From an uncultured Nitrospiraceae bacterium (lineage in GTDB: Bacteria; Nitrospirota; Nitrospiria; Nitrospirales; Nitrospiraceae): a stretch of DNA of 64,000 nucleotides. Shown piece by piece: positions 29,831 to 39,197 of this stretch (position 1 is its first letter; each line of letters opens with the position of its first letter). The notes under the pieces were generated by a model, which was not told where the DNA came from, did no database searches, and saw only the letters and a program-made list of their open reading frames with translations. The stretch covers positions 512,001-576,000 of the forward strand of contig CAVPLT010000007.1 of NCBI GenBank assembly GCA_963706325.1, given 5' to 3'. The position numbers were made by a program, and so were the translations under genes.

Positions 29831-30005
29831 GCCGTGACCTCTGGTGTATTGTCATAGATATGATACCAAGCGTGATAGGTCGAGAGAAGGGCGGCGGAAC
29901 GGCGAGCGCTGAGATGGGTCATCTTTGGGAAAAAAAAGGATTATTTCAGGGCGACCTCTTCGCATGAAGACGTGCGTCGATTATACTAAAGGACGAGGTA
30001 TACCA

Positions 30006-30302
30006 ATGATTGTACGGACCTGCATCGGGCTTCTGGGTATCTTTGCTCTTTTGTTTTCCTCTGCCTGCACAACGGTGGATAACAGCGCGCGACAGTCCAG
30101 TCAGAAGAGGACCTTCGGGCAGCGTGCGGAACGATTGGCCAAGTCTGTGACCAACACTATGACGGACGCAACCAGTGACGTCCTGCCTATTTTCTCGGTC
30201 ACATTGAATGAAATCGTTCGCGAGGCGAAGTCGGATCTGCCGAAGATTACTGAAGAGCTCCGCACGCAACTGAATCGGACCTCCTCTCCGACGAAGCCCT
30301 AG
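30006..30302 (+). CDS. Small hypothetical lipoprotein
   Basis: Hydrophobic signal ending FSSAC; GAGG RBS and TATACT upstream. Confidence 0.65.
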   Translation: MIVRTCIGLLGIFALLFSSACTTVDNSARQSSQKRTFGQRAERLAKSVTNTMTDATSDVLPIFSVTLNEIVREAKSDLPKITEELRTQLNRTSSPTKP

Positions 30303-30496
30303 CAAGGCGGCTCCCACAATCACCGGCGGGAAGCATTGGGAAGGTGGTCACTCCAGCGGACGGCACGGTCTGCGCGGAGTTTCGCTTTTCGATCCACGAG
30401 TCGCGCTTTTTCCAGATGGAAACATCTGCGGTCATTCAACGATGAGACGCTAATAAGGCCGGGGCAGATTATCGTGGGCTCGAATGCGCGTTATGC

Positions 30497-31438
30497 TCAG
30501 CGATGGACGGTGGCATTCTTGGCTTTTGCCATCATCTTGCAGTAGGAGCAGGTGCCTGCGGTCGTCGGTTGGCCGCAAGACTCGCATGGAATAAGGGTCC
30601 GTTGGTCCTTTTCGGCCATGGACTCGACGGCGGATTGTGGCTTGGTTTGCTTGTCTAAAAATCCCCAGTAGAAACGCTGCTTGGTACCGGGGGATTCCGT
30701 TTCCAGCCGATTGAGGACCTCTTTGTAGAGGATCATCTTCGAACCCTTCGCCATGGGACATTCTTCCACAATGTAGTCGATGCGATTCACCACCGCATAG
30801 GCGGCGATTTCGCGTTCAGACAACCGACAGAGCGGCTTCACCTTCTTTGCAAACCCTTCCACGGATGCAGGAAGAGTCGGGCATTGTTTATCCAGGTATT
30901 CTTCCTGCCAATGCAACACATTGCCTAGGAGCCGCGCAGCTTCGTCGTCGAGATTGTGGCCGGTGGCCATGACATCATAGTCCTGCTCCACGGCCGCGCG
31001 ATTGAACTGATACCGCTTGATGGTGCCACAAGTGGAGCAGGTTGGACGGTGGAGGATGGTGGCCAATTCACGAATGCCGGCCCCGGCTTCTTGCTCGACG
31101 ACATGCACCAGGAGTGTGGCACCGTGAGTTACAGCCACGGTCTCGGCATAGTGCTTCACTTTGCGATGCGACTCTTCGGAGTAGGCGCCGATGCCGAGAT
31201 TGACGTACAGCGCGTCGGCGCGGTACCCGAGTTTGAGAAGGATATGCCACAGCGCGAGGCTGTCCTTGCCGCCCGAGACTGCGACGAGAATGCGATCCGT
31301 GGGCGTGAACATTTTGAATGATTTAATCGCACGCGCGACCTGCTCGTGCACAAAAGTGGTGAAGCAGCCTTTGCAGAAGGCGGCATTGTGCCGCGGAAGA
31401 CTGATCACGGCTTTCGTCTTACACTTCCCGCAATTCAT
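30497..31438 (-). CDS. ttuA: tRNA 2-thiolation protein, TtuA/Ncs6 family
   Basis: N- and C-terminal zinc fingers, PP-loop SGGKDS, CSTC, GHNLDDEA and ECP. Confidence 0.85.
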   Translation of the reverse strand: MNCGKCKTKAVISLPRHNAAFCKGCFTTFVHEQVARAIKSFKMFTPTDRILVAVSGGKDSLALWHILLKLGYRADALYVNLGIGAYSEESHRKVKHYAETVAVTHGATLLVHVVEQEAGAGIRELATILHRPTCSTCGTIKRYQFNRAAVEQDYDVMATGHNLDDEAARLLGNVLHWQEEYLDKQCPTLPASVEGFAKKVKPLCRLSEREIAAYAVVNRIDYIVEECPMAKGSKMILYKEVLNRLETESPGTKQRFYWGFLDKQTKPQSAVESMAEKDQRTLIPCESCGQPTTAGTCSYCKMMAKAKNATVHR

Positions 31439-31481
31439 GAATATCCGTACCGCGTGAGAGGGTGAGAAAGCCCTGGGGCGA

Positions 31482-31676
31482 TCAACCGCCGGAAATGACC
31501 GGCCGGATTTCTATCTGGTCGGCATCGGCGAGCATTTCATCTTCCGTAACCAGGTCATCACCCCGAATCACCAGATGCGCCTCGATCACGAGATTGAGTT
31601 CGCGCAGCACTTCTTTGGAGCGCTTGGGGCCTTTGATTTCCACTTGGCGTTGGGGATGACTCAGTTGGACGATCAT
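31482..31676 (-). CDS. Ubiquitin-like sulfur carrier (TtuB/ThiS/MoaD)
   Basis: 64 aa ending VISGG, immediately upstream of ttuA. Confidence 0.88.
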   Translation of the reverse strand: MIVQLSHPQRQVEIKGPKRSKEVLRELNLVIEAHLVIRGDDLVTEDEMLADADQIEIRPVISGG

Positions 31677-31682
31677 GGCGCG

Positions 31683-31712
31683 ATGATACGGCTGACTCGT
31701 GCGGGATTGCAA
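31683..31712 (-). promoter_or_regulatory. Putative sigma70 promoter (leaderless) for the sulfur carrier gene
   Basis: TTGCAA-N18-TATCAT ending 6 nt before the ATG; no SD. Confidence 0.5.
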
Positions 31713-31830
31713 ACTCCGAAAAAACCGCACGACTGTCGCACAAGGGACGCATTTCGATGTGAGGGGAAGGATCGGAGTGGTTACAGGATTTGCGGAGCGC
31801 GGCACATTCAAGCAGACAACCGAGCGATTG

Positions 31831-31983
31831 TTATCTTATTCCCTGGACGATCTGGAAAATCAAGAGTCCGGCCACGCCGAGAAACAGGAGAGCCGATACC
31901 AGCGCAAGGCGCTTGAACTTTCTGTTCTTGAGATCCAGCTCACTAAAGATTGCTTCCTTCCATGGGACATTGGGCTCGTTCAT
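31831..31983 (-). CDS. Small single-pass membrane protein (50 aa), below the ORF-track cutoff
   Basis: [50 protein letters not shown]: basic patch then a hydrophobic helix; AGGA upstream. Confidence 0.6.
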   Translation of the reverse strand: MNEPNVPWKEAIFSELDLKNRKFKRLALVSALLFLGVAGLLIFQIVQGIR

Positions 31984-32224
31984 GTTCGCATTCCTAACCT
32001 TCCCTGAAATAATTGCCGGGAAGAATACACATGGAATTCAAAACACGCGCTCTGAATGATAAATTTATACGCCCGCCCGGATGATGATTGCAAGTAGTTT
32101 GACCTGATAAAATCCTGCCATTTACCTAGGGGTTTGACCTGGACGTAAAAAGACTGTTCTTGTGAGCACATAGCAGAACATGGGTCGCCTTCCCAAGTAA
32201 ATGGAGCAAGTGAACAGATGACGG

Positions 32225-33226
32225 CTAGATTGGCGCGTCGCGCAAGGATTTGGCCGCTTCTTCGGGTGAAACCGGATTGACATAGAAACCGGTTCCCCAT
32301 TCAAAGCCGGCGACTTGGGTGAGCTTGGGGATGATTTCGATGTGCCAGTGATAAAAATCCCCGGTTTTTTCATGCAGCGGAGAGCTGTGCAACATAAAGT
32401 TGTACGCCGGGCGAGCCAGCACCGCGTTCATCCGCCGTAAGGCTTCCCCGAGGATCGAGGCCAGAAACTCGAACTGAGAGCGCTGACTTTCTTCGAAGTA
32501 GCCTGCGTGTCGTTTGGGGAGGATCCACATTTCGAACGGGAAACGCGGCGCGTAAGGGGTCAGACACACAAACTCTGGATTCTCCAGCACCACCCGCGCG
32601 CCTTCGGCCGATTCCTGGCGCATGATGTCGCAATAGATACAGCGTTCCTTTTGCTGGAAATGTTGCCGGCAACCGTCCATCTCTTCGAGCACGCTGGTCG
32701 GCACGACCGGCAAGGCAATGAGTTGGGAGTGGCTGTGCTCTAATGTCGCGCCCGCTGCGGCGCCCTGATTTTTAAAAATCAGGATGTATCGAAAGCGAGG
32801 ATCTTTCTTGAGGTCCAGGATGCGGTCGCGATAGGCCCACAGGACATCCTCAACTCGTTTCGCCGGAAGGTCGGCCAGGCTGTCCTTGTGGTTGGTAGTT
32901 TCAATGATGACTTCATGGGCGCCGATTCCGTTCATTCGATCATAGAGGCCGAGCCCTTCACGGCCCATATCCCCCTCCACATGGAGCGCGGGAAATTTAT
33001 TAGGGATCACCCGCACCGTCCAGTTTGGACTGTCGGGATCGGAGGCCTGTGGTCGATATGCCAGTATTTCCTTTGGTGTCAGCCGTTCCTGACCAGGACA
33101 AAAAGGGCACATGGAGGCAGAGGGCGACGCTGCGGCGGGCACATGGAGGTCGTGGGGGCGGCCGCTCCGTTCGGTCGACACGATGACCCAACGGCCGACG
33201 ATCGGGTCTCTTCTCAGTTCAGGCAT
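32225..33226 (-). CDS. galT: GalT-like nucleotidyltransferase (galactose-1-phosphate uridylyltransferase family)
   Basis: CPFCPG, NKFPAL, GAHEVIIE, catalytic HSHSQ and AGFEWGTG. Confidence 0.88.
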   Translation of the reverse strand: MPELRRDPIVGRWVIVSTERSGRPHDLHVPAAASPSASMCPFCPGQERLTPKEILAYRPQASDPDSPNWTVRVIPNKFPALHVEGDMGREGLGLYDRMNGIGAHEVIIETTNHKDSLADLPAKRVEDVLWAYRDRILDLKKDPRFRYILIFKNQGAAAGATLEHSHSQLIALPVVPTSVLEEMDGCRQHFQQKERCIYCDIMRQESAEGARVVLENPEFVCLTPYAPRFPFEMWILPKRHAGYFEESQRSQFEFLASILGEALRRMNAVLARPAYNFMLHSSPLHEKTGDFYHWHIEIIPKLTQVAGFEWGTGFYVNPVSPEEAAKSLRDAPI

Positions 33227-33253
33227 CGCGACTCCTATCGTTTTGAGCGCAAC

Positions 33254-35458
33254 TCAGACTCTCCACATCATGGCTTCGAACTCGTCGCCAGGCCGGTTGA
33301 AGGTCACCGGATTGTGATGGGGATAGCGGGCAATTTCCATCCGGTGCTCCGACACTGTCAACGTTAGACGCAGTTCATTGCCGACCTCGATGTCGAGATC
33401 CTTGAACGGCACCGCGAGTTCGAGAATCTTCCGCCGGCTGATCGTGCTGTAAGTCCCCACATTGCGATAGGCGCCGGTCTCGTCCGCCCGAGTCAGGAGG
33501 AATGTCTCAGTGCCGCTCGGCGCGAGGGTGAAGGACAGTATGTACTGCTGAATTCCCGATCCGATGTGAAGGTCGGCGGTGCAGTCTTCCTGTCGCGTCT
33601 GGGACCGTTCGTCGAAATCCAGCCGGAGATAGAGTCGCTCGTGGTCGAACCCGAAGAAGATTGCCGTGAAGAGCCCTTCCGACTTCCACATCGCTCCTAA
33701 CGGCGGGGTGGGGTTGATGGTTCCAGCGCCGCGCCACTCAAAAAAATTCGATACGATGCCATCGAGGGTCGGGGTTATGAAGGCCAGCGGAAGTTGCACC
33801 ACCTCCAACCCTTGCGGCGTGCGCGCTTCTATCAAAGGTTGATTCAGGATTTCGGGCGGTGTGACGCCGGCATAGGTCCAGACGTTGCGGAGGTGCGTTC
33901 GAAACAGGCGATCAAATTCTTGTTTGTAGTCGGTGTCGAAGTCGTCTCCGTACCACCAAAACCAGTCACTGCCTTCGGCCGCATACAGTTCGCTCCAGGC
34001 GGCGCGGGCTTGTTCTTGGCTGAGCGAGGGCGTCAATTCGACGAGTCGCGCACGCGTGTGCTGCAGGAGGTCCCACCCGCGATTGTCTTCCTGATGTCCG
34101 ATCCAGATCTTGAAGTCCTGATTGATCCAGGAACCGGAATGCAGATGGTCCAGATGTCGAGTCGGTGGATTGGTGGCCAGCGCCCGGCTAACGGTGTCCA
34201 TGTGCACGCGGATACCGTGGCCGATGTGGAGCCCATCCTGTTCGAACGCGCGAAATAGCAGGGAGAGGAACCGTTCGCCGCCGTCGTGATAATGCTCCCA
34301 GGGATTTTCTCCATCGAGGATCACGGCGACGATGCCTTGCTCCAGCGGAATATCATAGGCGAGGCCACGGACCCGCCGGAGGACATCGTCGGCAGCCGAC
34401 TCCGGCGTGGTCTTATGGTAGACGAAGCCGAAGGCGTCGGAGATGTCACGATCGCGGAACACAATCGTGAGCGGATGATCGGTCGGGCCGACGCTGTAGG
34501 GCTGATACAAATGATAGTGCCGGTTCCACGCGTCATTTCCCATTTGCAATGATCGGTAGAGATTGCCTTCGTCCGTTGCCAACCAACGGATCCCGGCTTT
34601 CTCCAATATCGGCAACATTTCCGGACAGACCGACCCCTCCGACGGCCACAACCCGACAGGCGGTCGGCCAAATGTCTTGGTATGATAATCGATGGCCAGC
34701 CGGATCTGCGCTTCGGCATCGGCCGGCGCATGAAAGCGAGCCGGAAGCGGCAAATCCGGCCGGGCGCGTCGCGTAAACTCGGAGTCGATGACCAGTGGCA
34801 GGATCGGGTGAAAGAACGGCGTGGTGGTCAGTTCGACCTGGCCGCGGTCCTGGAGCGCTTTGTACATCGGCACGATCTCTCGGATCGCCGTCTGTTGCAG
34901 GGCCAGCACTTCCTGCTTGTCTTCTTCCGTGAACCCACGGTTCTTTTTCCGCAATTCTGCCAGGCGTGGGAACTGTTGGAGACTGCCATAGCCAAACCAG
35001 GCGAGGTTGTGCCACACCTGGAGGTCGAGAAATTCCTGCGATGAAAATTGCTTGGCCAGACGATGCAAGTCCTGGCCGTGCACATCAAGGCCACGCTTCA
35101 CCAGCAACTCCTGGTAGCGGGGAAAGGGCCTGACCATAGTGGCCCAATTGGCCGAGAAAAAATGACGGATCAAAAAGGCTTTTTCTTCGGGCGTGAGGTC
35201 GGCAGCGCGACGTTGAGCATATTCGAGAAAGAGATCGCGGACGCGTCCGGTCGAGAATTCTTCGAGCTGAAGCAGGAGTGACGGGGTGAAGTTAAAGGTG
35301 GAGCGCGCCTGTGGAAACCGGTCGAGCAGGAAGGCCATATCGTAATAGGCCTTCGTGGCGTGTAAACGGACCCACGGCATACTCGCGGATCCCGTAATCG
35401 GGTCCGTATAGTACGGCTGGTGCATATGCCAGAGGAAGCAGAGCTGAATGGTTTTCAT
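33254..35458 (-). CDS. Glycoside hydrolase family 57 (amylopullulanase-like)
   Basis: WHMHQPYY, HPILPL, WPSEG, LDGENPWE and AEGSDWFWW. Confidence 0.93.
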   Translation of the reverse strand: MKTIQLCFLWHMHQPYYTDPITGSASMPWVRLHATKAYYDMAFLLDRFPQARSTFNFTPSLLLQLEEFSTGRVRDLFLEYAQRRAADLTPEEKAFLIRHFFSANWATMVRPFPRYQELLVKRGLDVHGQDLHRLAKQFSSQEFLDLQVWHNLAWFGYGSLQQFPRLAELRKKNRGFTEEDKQEVLALQQTAIREIVPMYKALQDRGQVELTTTPFFHPILPLVIDSEFTRRARPDLPLPARFHAPADAEAQIRLAIDYHTKTFGRPPVGLWPSEGSVCPEMLPILEKAGIRWLATDEGNLYRSLQMGNDAWNRHYHLYQPYSVGPTDHPLTIVFRDRDISDAFGFVYHKTTPESAADDVLRRVRGLAYDIPLEQGIVAVILDGENPWEHYHDGGERFLSLLFRAFEQDGLHIGHGIRVHMDTVSRALATNPPTRHLDHLHSGSWINQDFKIWIGHQEDNRGWDLLQHTRARLVELTPSLSQEQARAAWSELYAAEGSDWFWWYGDDFDTDYKQEFDRLFRTHLRNVWTYAGVTPPEILNQPLIEARTPQGLEVVQLPLAFITPTLDGIVSNFFEWRGAGTINPTPPLGAMWKSEGLFTAIFFGFDHERLYLRLDFDERSQTRQEDCTADLHIGSGIQQYILSFTLAPSGTETFLLTRADETGAYRNVGTYSTISRRKILELAVPFKDLDIEVGNELRLTLTVSEHRMEIARYPHHNPVTFNRPGDEFEAMMWRV

Positions 35459-35602
35459 CGGGAAGTTTCTTGCAGACTCGGGGGCAGTATGTCATAGGGG
35501 TATGAGGGTTGCAACGAATGCACAGGTTTGTGCGTGAGTCGAGTCTCCGGTGTCATGGTCGGACGACGGGTACGTCGTTTCTGGAATGAGGAGTCGAGAA
35601 GA

Positions 35603-36052
35603 ATGGCAGTGGATCCGGTCATCTCGTCAAGCATCCCCATGGAATCTCGCTCCGTCGTCGGCTCGACATTGCGGTATTGGGGACCGGTGGGGCTCTATGC
35701 CGCACTGATTTTCGGAGGGTCTTCCATTTCCAATCCACCTGAGTCCATTGCCTCGGTCCTGAAAGAAATTTCAGACAAAGCGCTGCATCTGGCGGAGTAC
35801 AGTATTCTAGGCGCCTTGACCTACCGAGCCTGTCGCCATGCCGCCGGGCCCCGGGCCGCGCGCCATGCCGTGATCGTGGCGGTGGTCGGCTGTGGGGTCT
35901 ACGGTTTAAGCGATGAGGTGCATCAACTGTTCGTGCCGTTCCGGCAAGGCGATTCGCTGGACCTGGTCGCCGATACGGCAGGCGCTCTGCTGGGGGCTTT
36001 GACGTGGCGATGGGCGGAATGGCGTAATGCCGGGCCTCTGGGTCGAGGTTAA
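35603..36052 (+). CDS. VanZ family membrane protein
   Basis: DKALHLAEY, SDEVHQLFVPFR and DLVAD; GAGGAG RBS before ATG 35603. Confidence 0.88.
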   Translation: MAVDPVISSSIPMESRSVVGSTLRYWGPVGLYAALIFGGSSISNPPESIASVLKEISDKALHLAEYSILGALTYRACRHAAGPRAARHAVIVAVVGCGVYGLSDEVHQLFVPFRQGDSLDLVADTAGALLGALTWRWAEWRNAGPLGRG

Positions 36053-36229
36053 CCCGGATTATTCATGCATGCCGTCGTGAGGCGTTCGAGACTGAAGCCC
36101 GCCGGGGTTTCTCGCAAGTAAGGCCGACGTAGGCGTACTTGTAGTCCGTCGAGGAGGCCGAACGAGAAAAGCCCCGCCGGGCGAGAGGATCGGACGACGT
36201 AACAGGTATTCATTAATAGTCCGGGTTAA
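36049..36229. repeat. TTAA-bounded MITE-like element (181 bp) related to the ~124 bp repeat family
   Basis: TTAACCCGGATTATT...TAATAGTCCGGGTTAA inverted ends; inner stem GCCCGCCGGGGTTTCTCG/CGAGAAAAGCCCCGCCGGGC; core AGGCGTAC..GTCCGTCGAGG. Confidence 0.75.
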
Positions 36230-36528
36230 GTTCCCAACGCGGTCATTTCATCGTTCAATCCCCATTCGGGTAATTCTCGCAGCATTCTTCCGATCCTGCC
36301 TGCGTTTGATTGTGCCTGAAAGGCCTCGCGATCAGCGTCGGCTATTCTTCGACATCGTACGCAGCGTAACGCCCGGATCCACACATGGCCTCCGGCGTCC
36401 ACCGTGTCAATATACAGGTCAGCCACGAGGTGACCCTGACATGCGGAACAGTTAGGGGAGGTCTGGACGCGGGCTCGAGCTGATGTCGGTAGGGCTCTGG
36501 AGTTCCCATCAGAGTGCCTGTGTGCCAT
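36226..36528 (-). CDS. Small zinc-ribbon hypothetical protein
   Basis: CSACQG...WIRALRCVRC; AGGAGG RBS before ATG 36528. Confidence 0.7.
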   Translation of the reverse strand: MAHRHSDGNSRALPTSARARVQTSPNCSACQGHLVADLYIDTVDAGGHVWIRALRCVRCRRIADADREAFQAQSNAGRIGRMLRELPEWGLNDEMTALGT

Positions 36529-36589
36529 GGGTACCCTCCTGAGTATGAGTGTGGCGACAAATGGTTCGTGCGTTCTGAGTATTGATCTA

Positions 36590-36605
36590 AGCAAATTGAA
36601 TGCCT
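36590..36605 (-). promoter_or_regulatory. Putative sigma54 (-24/-12) promoter
   Basis: Minus strand AGGCATTCAATTTGCT fits GG-N10-GC, ~60 nt upstream of the zinc-ribbon gene. Confidence 0.6.
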
Positions 36606-36917
36606 GCAAGCCGAAGTTGCTGTAAGCGATCCAGGAGGTCGTGATGCGAGTTAGTGAGGCGAGGAAAGAGGACTGTGAAAGTCAGGTCAGACGTATCATT
36701 GGTCCGCGAGCGGTGGTTCGTTCGAGGCCACCCAGGCGGTGGATGCGCGAGAGAAGCGTTCCGTCGTTGCCGCTGTAGGTGGCCGGAACCAAATCGGTCA
36801 ATCTCAGGCAGGCCGCGATTTCGGATTCAGTCGGTCGCCCCCGTCCGGCTGCGGGTGAACATTTGCGATCCATAGCGGGGTAATTTTTGCCATGAGAGAG
36901 CCGTCGGTGCCCCATGC

Positions 36918-37889
36918 TCACCAGGCATAGGCTTCTGGGGCTGCGCCTCCAGGGCCGGGAAAAATTTTATCCAGCTCCTTGAGCGTGTCCGCGGTCAGCG
37001 TCAGTTTAAGGCTCTGCATAGCGCCAGTCAGCTGTTCCATCGTGCGAGGTCCGATGATGGGGGCGGTGACGGCCGGTTGGTGCAACAGCCAGGCGAGGGC
37101 CACCGCGGCCGGTGCGACGCGTAGCGTTGCACAGAGCCGTTCGTAGGCTTCGAGCTGTGGGCGATGAGTCTCGATGTCCTTGCGAATATCCGCATCCGCT
37201 CGCCGACCGGCCTTGCTCGGGGTCAAGGCTCCGCCAAGAAGGCCGCGTCCCAACGGACTCCAAGGAATGAGGCCGACTCCATAAGCCTGGCAGGCCGGAA
37301 TCACTTCGAGCTCAACGGTTCGTTCGAGGAGATTGTAAAGGCTCTGTTCCGAGATGAGGCCGAGAAAATGGCGTGACTTCGCGAGTTCCTGGGCCTGTGC
37401 AATGTGCCAGCCTGCAAAATTACTGCTGCCGATGTAGAGCACCTTCCCTTCGCGGCAGAGCTGTTCCATGGCTTGCCACAGTTCCTCCCAGGGACAGTCA
37501 CGGTCGATATGATGCATTTGGTAGAGATCGATGTGGTCTGTCTGCAAGCGTCGGAGGCTTGCTTCGCAGGCGCGTTTGATATGGAAGGCCGACAGGTGAG
37601 ACTGGTTGGGCCAGTTTCCCATGCGCCCGTATACCTTCGTAGCCAGGACGATTTTTTCTCGCCGTCCGCCGCCCTGCGCCAGCCAGCGGCCGACGATTTG
37701 TTCGGTGATGCCTTCGCCGACTTTCCAGCCGTACACGTTGGCGCTGTCAAAAAAATTGATGCCCAGCTCCAAGGCCTGATCCATGATGCCAAAGCTGTCG
37801 GGTTCGGAAGTGTGCGGCCCGAAGTTCATCGTGCCGAGACAGAGGCGGCTGACACGAACTCCTGAACGGCCGAGATGAACGTACTGCAT
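36918..37889 (-). CDS. Aldo/keto reductase
   Basis: LCLGTMNFG, FDSANVYG, ATK, DLYQMH and WSPLGRG. Confidence 0.95.
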   Translation of the reverse strand: MQYVHLGRSGVRVSRLCLGTMNFGPHTSEPDSFGIMDQALELGINFFDSANVYGWKVGEGITEQIVGRWLAQGGGRREKIVLATKVYGRMGNWPNQSHLSAFHIKRACEASLRRLQTDHIDLYQMHHIDRDCPWEELWQAMEQLCREGKVLYIGSSNFAGWHIAQAQELAKSRHFLGLISEQSLYNLLERTVELEVIPACQAYGVGLIPWSPLGRGLLGGALTPSKAGRRADADIRKDIETHRPQLEAYERLCATLRVAPAAVALAWLLHQPAVTAPIIGPRTMEQLTGAMQSLKLTLTADTLKELDKIFPGPGGAAPEAYAW

Positions 37890-38069
37890 AGGCGCCTCCT
37901 TCCGGTTTGTTCAATAGGATACCGGCTTAAGGCGAGGAGTGACAACCGGTGCATGGGGGGCCGCAAGTTATCATGTGGACAGGATCACGAGGTGTGCAAC
38001 AACGCGGCCGCATGCAAGAGGTGACTTTCTGCTGGCAGTTGGAAACGGTTTGGCTATAATGCCGATCGT

Positions 38070-39170
38070 ATGGCCACTACCAATCCTGCCGCACCTGCAA
38101 CACCTATTGCGCCTCCTGATGCCTCGCGCATTGCGAAGACCGTGGCGAACCAATTGCCGTTTCATGGGGAGTTCGCCTGTCTGACCGCGCTCGCGGGGGA
38201 TGCGTCCAATCGCCGGTATTTTAGGCTCATGCTGAAGGGCACGCCCTCATCACTGATCCTCATGCAGCTGGCCGATCCGGAGGGCTTCAAGAAATCGGAA
38301 GAGGCGGTCAGCGGAGCCTCTTCCCAGATTACGGAACTTCCTTTTACCAACGTGCTGACGCATCTGCAGCGTACCGGTGTGACGGTCCCCCGGCTGCAAT
38401 ACTACGATCGCGAATCCGGCCTGTTGTATTTGGAAGATTTCGGCGATGTGACCTTGGCGGAAGCTTGTCGCAACGCTGATCGGGCCAAGTTAGACGCTCT
38501 CTATCGTGGGGCGATCGATCAACTGGTGCTGTTGCAGGTGAAGGGAACGACGCCAGCCGAGCCGCGCTGCATCGCTTTTCACCGACGTTTCGATGTGCCG
38601 CTCTTAATGTGGGAATTCGACCACTTTCTGGAATATGGCATTACGGCTCGCTTGGGCAAGCCGATGGCTCCGGCCGACGAGGCGGCGATTAGAGCGGAGT
38701 TCCAACGCATCGCCGAGCTACTGGCGGGACAATCGCAGGTCTTTGTGCATCGCGATTACCATTCACGTAATCTCATGGTGGACGGATCGCGGATCGGCAT
38801 CATCGATTTTCAAGATGCCTTGATGGGGCCGGCCACGTATGATTTGGCGTCGCTCTTGAAAGATGCTTACATCGAGTTGGACGAGGCTGTGGTGGATGGA
38901 TTGATCGATCACTTCCTGAATGGTCTCACTGCTCATGGGCAGGGCTGGGTTGATCGAACTGCGTTTCGGCGTCTGTTCGACCTCACCAGCATTCAGCGCA
39001 ATCTTAAGGCCGCCGGCCGGTTTGTCTATATCGATCAGGTGAAACATAATCCCAAATTTCTTGCCGATATTCCCCGTGTGTTAGGTTACGTGAAACGCAA
39101 CATCTCTAAGTATCCCGAGCTGTCTGCGCTCGGGCAGCGCTTGGCGCCCTACGTCGCTGAACTGCGATAA
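38070..39170 (+). CDS. amgK: Anomeric MurNAc/GlcNAc kinase (APH-like phosphotransferase)
   Basis: GDASNRRYFR, LEDFGD, HRDYHSRNLM, IDFQDA and QRNLKAAG; upstream of murU. Confidence 0.85.
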   Translation: MATTNPAAPATPIAPPDASRIAKTVANQLPFHGEFACLTALAGDASNRRYFRLMLKGTPSSLILMQLADPEGFKKSEEAVSGASSQITELPFTNVLTHLQRTGVTVPRLQYYDRESGLLYLEDFGDVTLAEACRNADRAKLDALYRGAIDQLVLLQVKGTTPAEPRCIAFHRRFDVPLLMWEFDHFLEYGITARLGKPMAPADEAAIRAEFQRIAELLAGQSQVFVHRDYHSRNLMVDGSRIGIIDFQDALMGPATYDLASLLKDAYIELDEAVVDGLIDHFLNGLTAHGQGWVDRTAFRRLFDLTSIQRNLKAAGRFVYIDQVKHNPKFLADIPRVLGYVKRNISKYPELSALGQRLAPYVAELR

Positions 39171-39197
39171 CGCCGCGGTAGAAACAGCATCCCTGCT

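Noticed and set aside
29846..29870. TCATA-GA-TATGA palindrome upstream of the repair operon as an SOS-like operator
   Set aside because: Only 5 bp arms and no match to an operator I can name; needs comparative motif analysis before it can be claimed.
36682..36921. 79-aa ORF overlapping the aldo/keto reductase stop
   Set aside because: No recognisable features, and it occupies the probable enhancer region of the sigma54 promoter.
38070..39170. Aminoglycoside resistance phosphotransferase
   Set aside because: The motifs and pairing with a MurU-like gene indicate the AmgK peptidoglycan-recycling kinase.
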